The notes under the pieces are model-generated. The model did no database searches. It was given only the letters and a program-made list of their open reading frames with translations, and was not told the origin of the DNA. Both the position numbers and the translations under genes were made by a program. DNA of 64,000 nucleotides from Antedon mediterranea (taxonomy: Eukaryota > Animalia > Echinodermata): contig NC_092675.1 of the NCBI RefSeq assembly GCF_964355755.1, positions 30,166,912 through 30,230,911 on the forward strand, written 5' to 3'. Position 1 is the stretch's first letter. Every line of letters starts with the position of its first letter. Positions 63,701-64,000 of the stretch are shown piece by piece.

Positions 63701-64000
63701 AGTACACACACATTTACAAAAAGGTATAGCTATCTACAAAACATACAGTAATTTCAATGTAAATGTTTTTTATATATTTACAAATGACAATAAATTGAAT
63801 AAAAGCAGAATACTTGATAGTTTCACCTGACAACACACATCTAGCATTCACAGCTAAAGTTTGTGTTGTGTTTAACTTGTATGGGAAACAGTTGAAAAGG
63901 AATGTTTGTAGTAACTAGTGGTAATGCTATCCATATGTCGTAAATGAAACGTAACCAATATGATGCACTGTTGACGAATTTTACATGTTAGCAATGACAC

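Larger units (their letters stand above)
43707..64000 (-). pseudogene. Probable decayed multi-exon gene of unknown identity; exon-like segments 63817-64000, ~62726-63220, 60917-61008, 60276-60415, 47019-47090, 45782-45922, 43707-43955
   Basis: Protein-like minus-strand segments bounded by AG/GT, several phase-compatible, e.g. GVDILECVNFVVSLAM*..LANLLDEL*ARPRSCLQ | VQNATWCLQLL and ..GGWKIMSRH | VMLAKKQK..LPDYRSRQCQRHINGKP; scattered stops and frameshifts. Confidence 0.45.

Overview
AT-rich eukaryotic (metazoan, probably echinoderm-like; taxon is inference) genomic window. It holds three intact protein genes: a 4-exon NXPE-family SGNH protein (minus, 6089-14771), a 10-exon CWC27 spliceosomal cyclophilin (plus, 28851-~42701) and a single-coding-exon LRR-Ig protein with a GPI-type tail (minus, 51112-52650). 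It also holds remnants of a decayed multi-exon minus-strand gene (43.7 kb to beyond the right edge) whose intron appears to host the LRR-Ig gene. The rest is transposon debris: CR1/L2 and L1/Tx1 LINEs, Penelope-like elements of several clades with hammerhead-ribozyme motifs, Helitrons, hAT/Kolobok/Harbinger-type MITEs, Deu/Nin-domain and 5S-derived SINEs, and many unrelated tandem arrays. Most notable: (1) direct sequence evidence that TAGGCCTA and TACAGTA motifs are small insertions at TA sites (transposon excision footprint-like) that pile up into dense islands just inside first introns; (2) a Naiad-type Penelope element that can be rebuilt after removing a nested Helitron, an hAT MITE and a footprint; (3) a ~5-kb array of YY1-like motifs fused to the 5' end of a 5S-derived SINE; (4) His rather than Glu at the CypA-W121-equivalent site of CWC27. 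All calls were made by eye; no searches were run.
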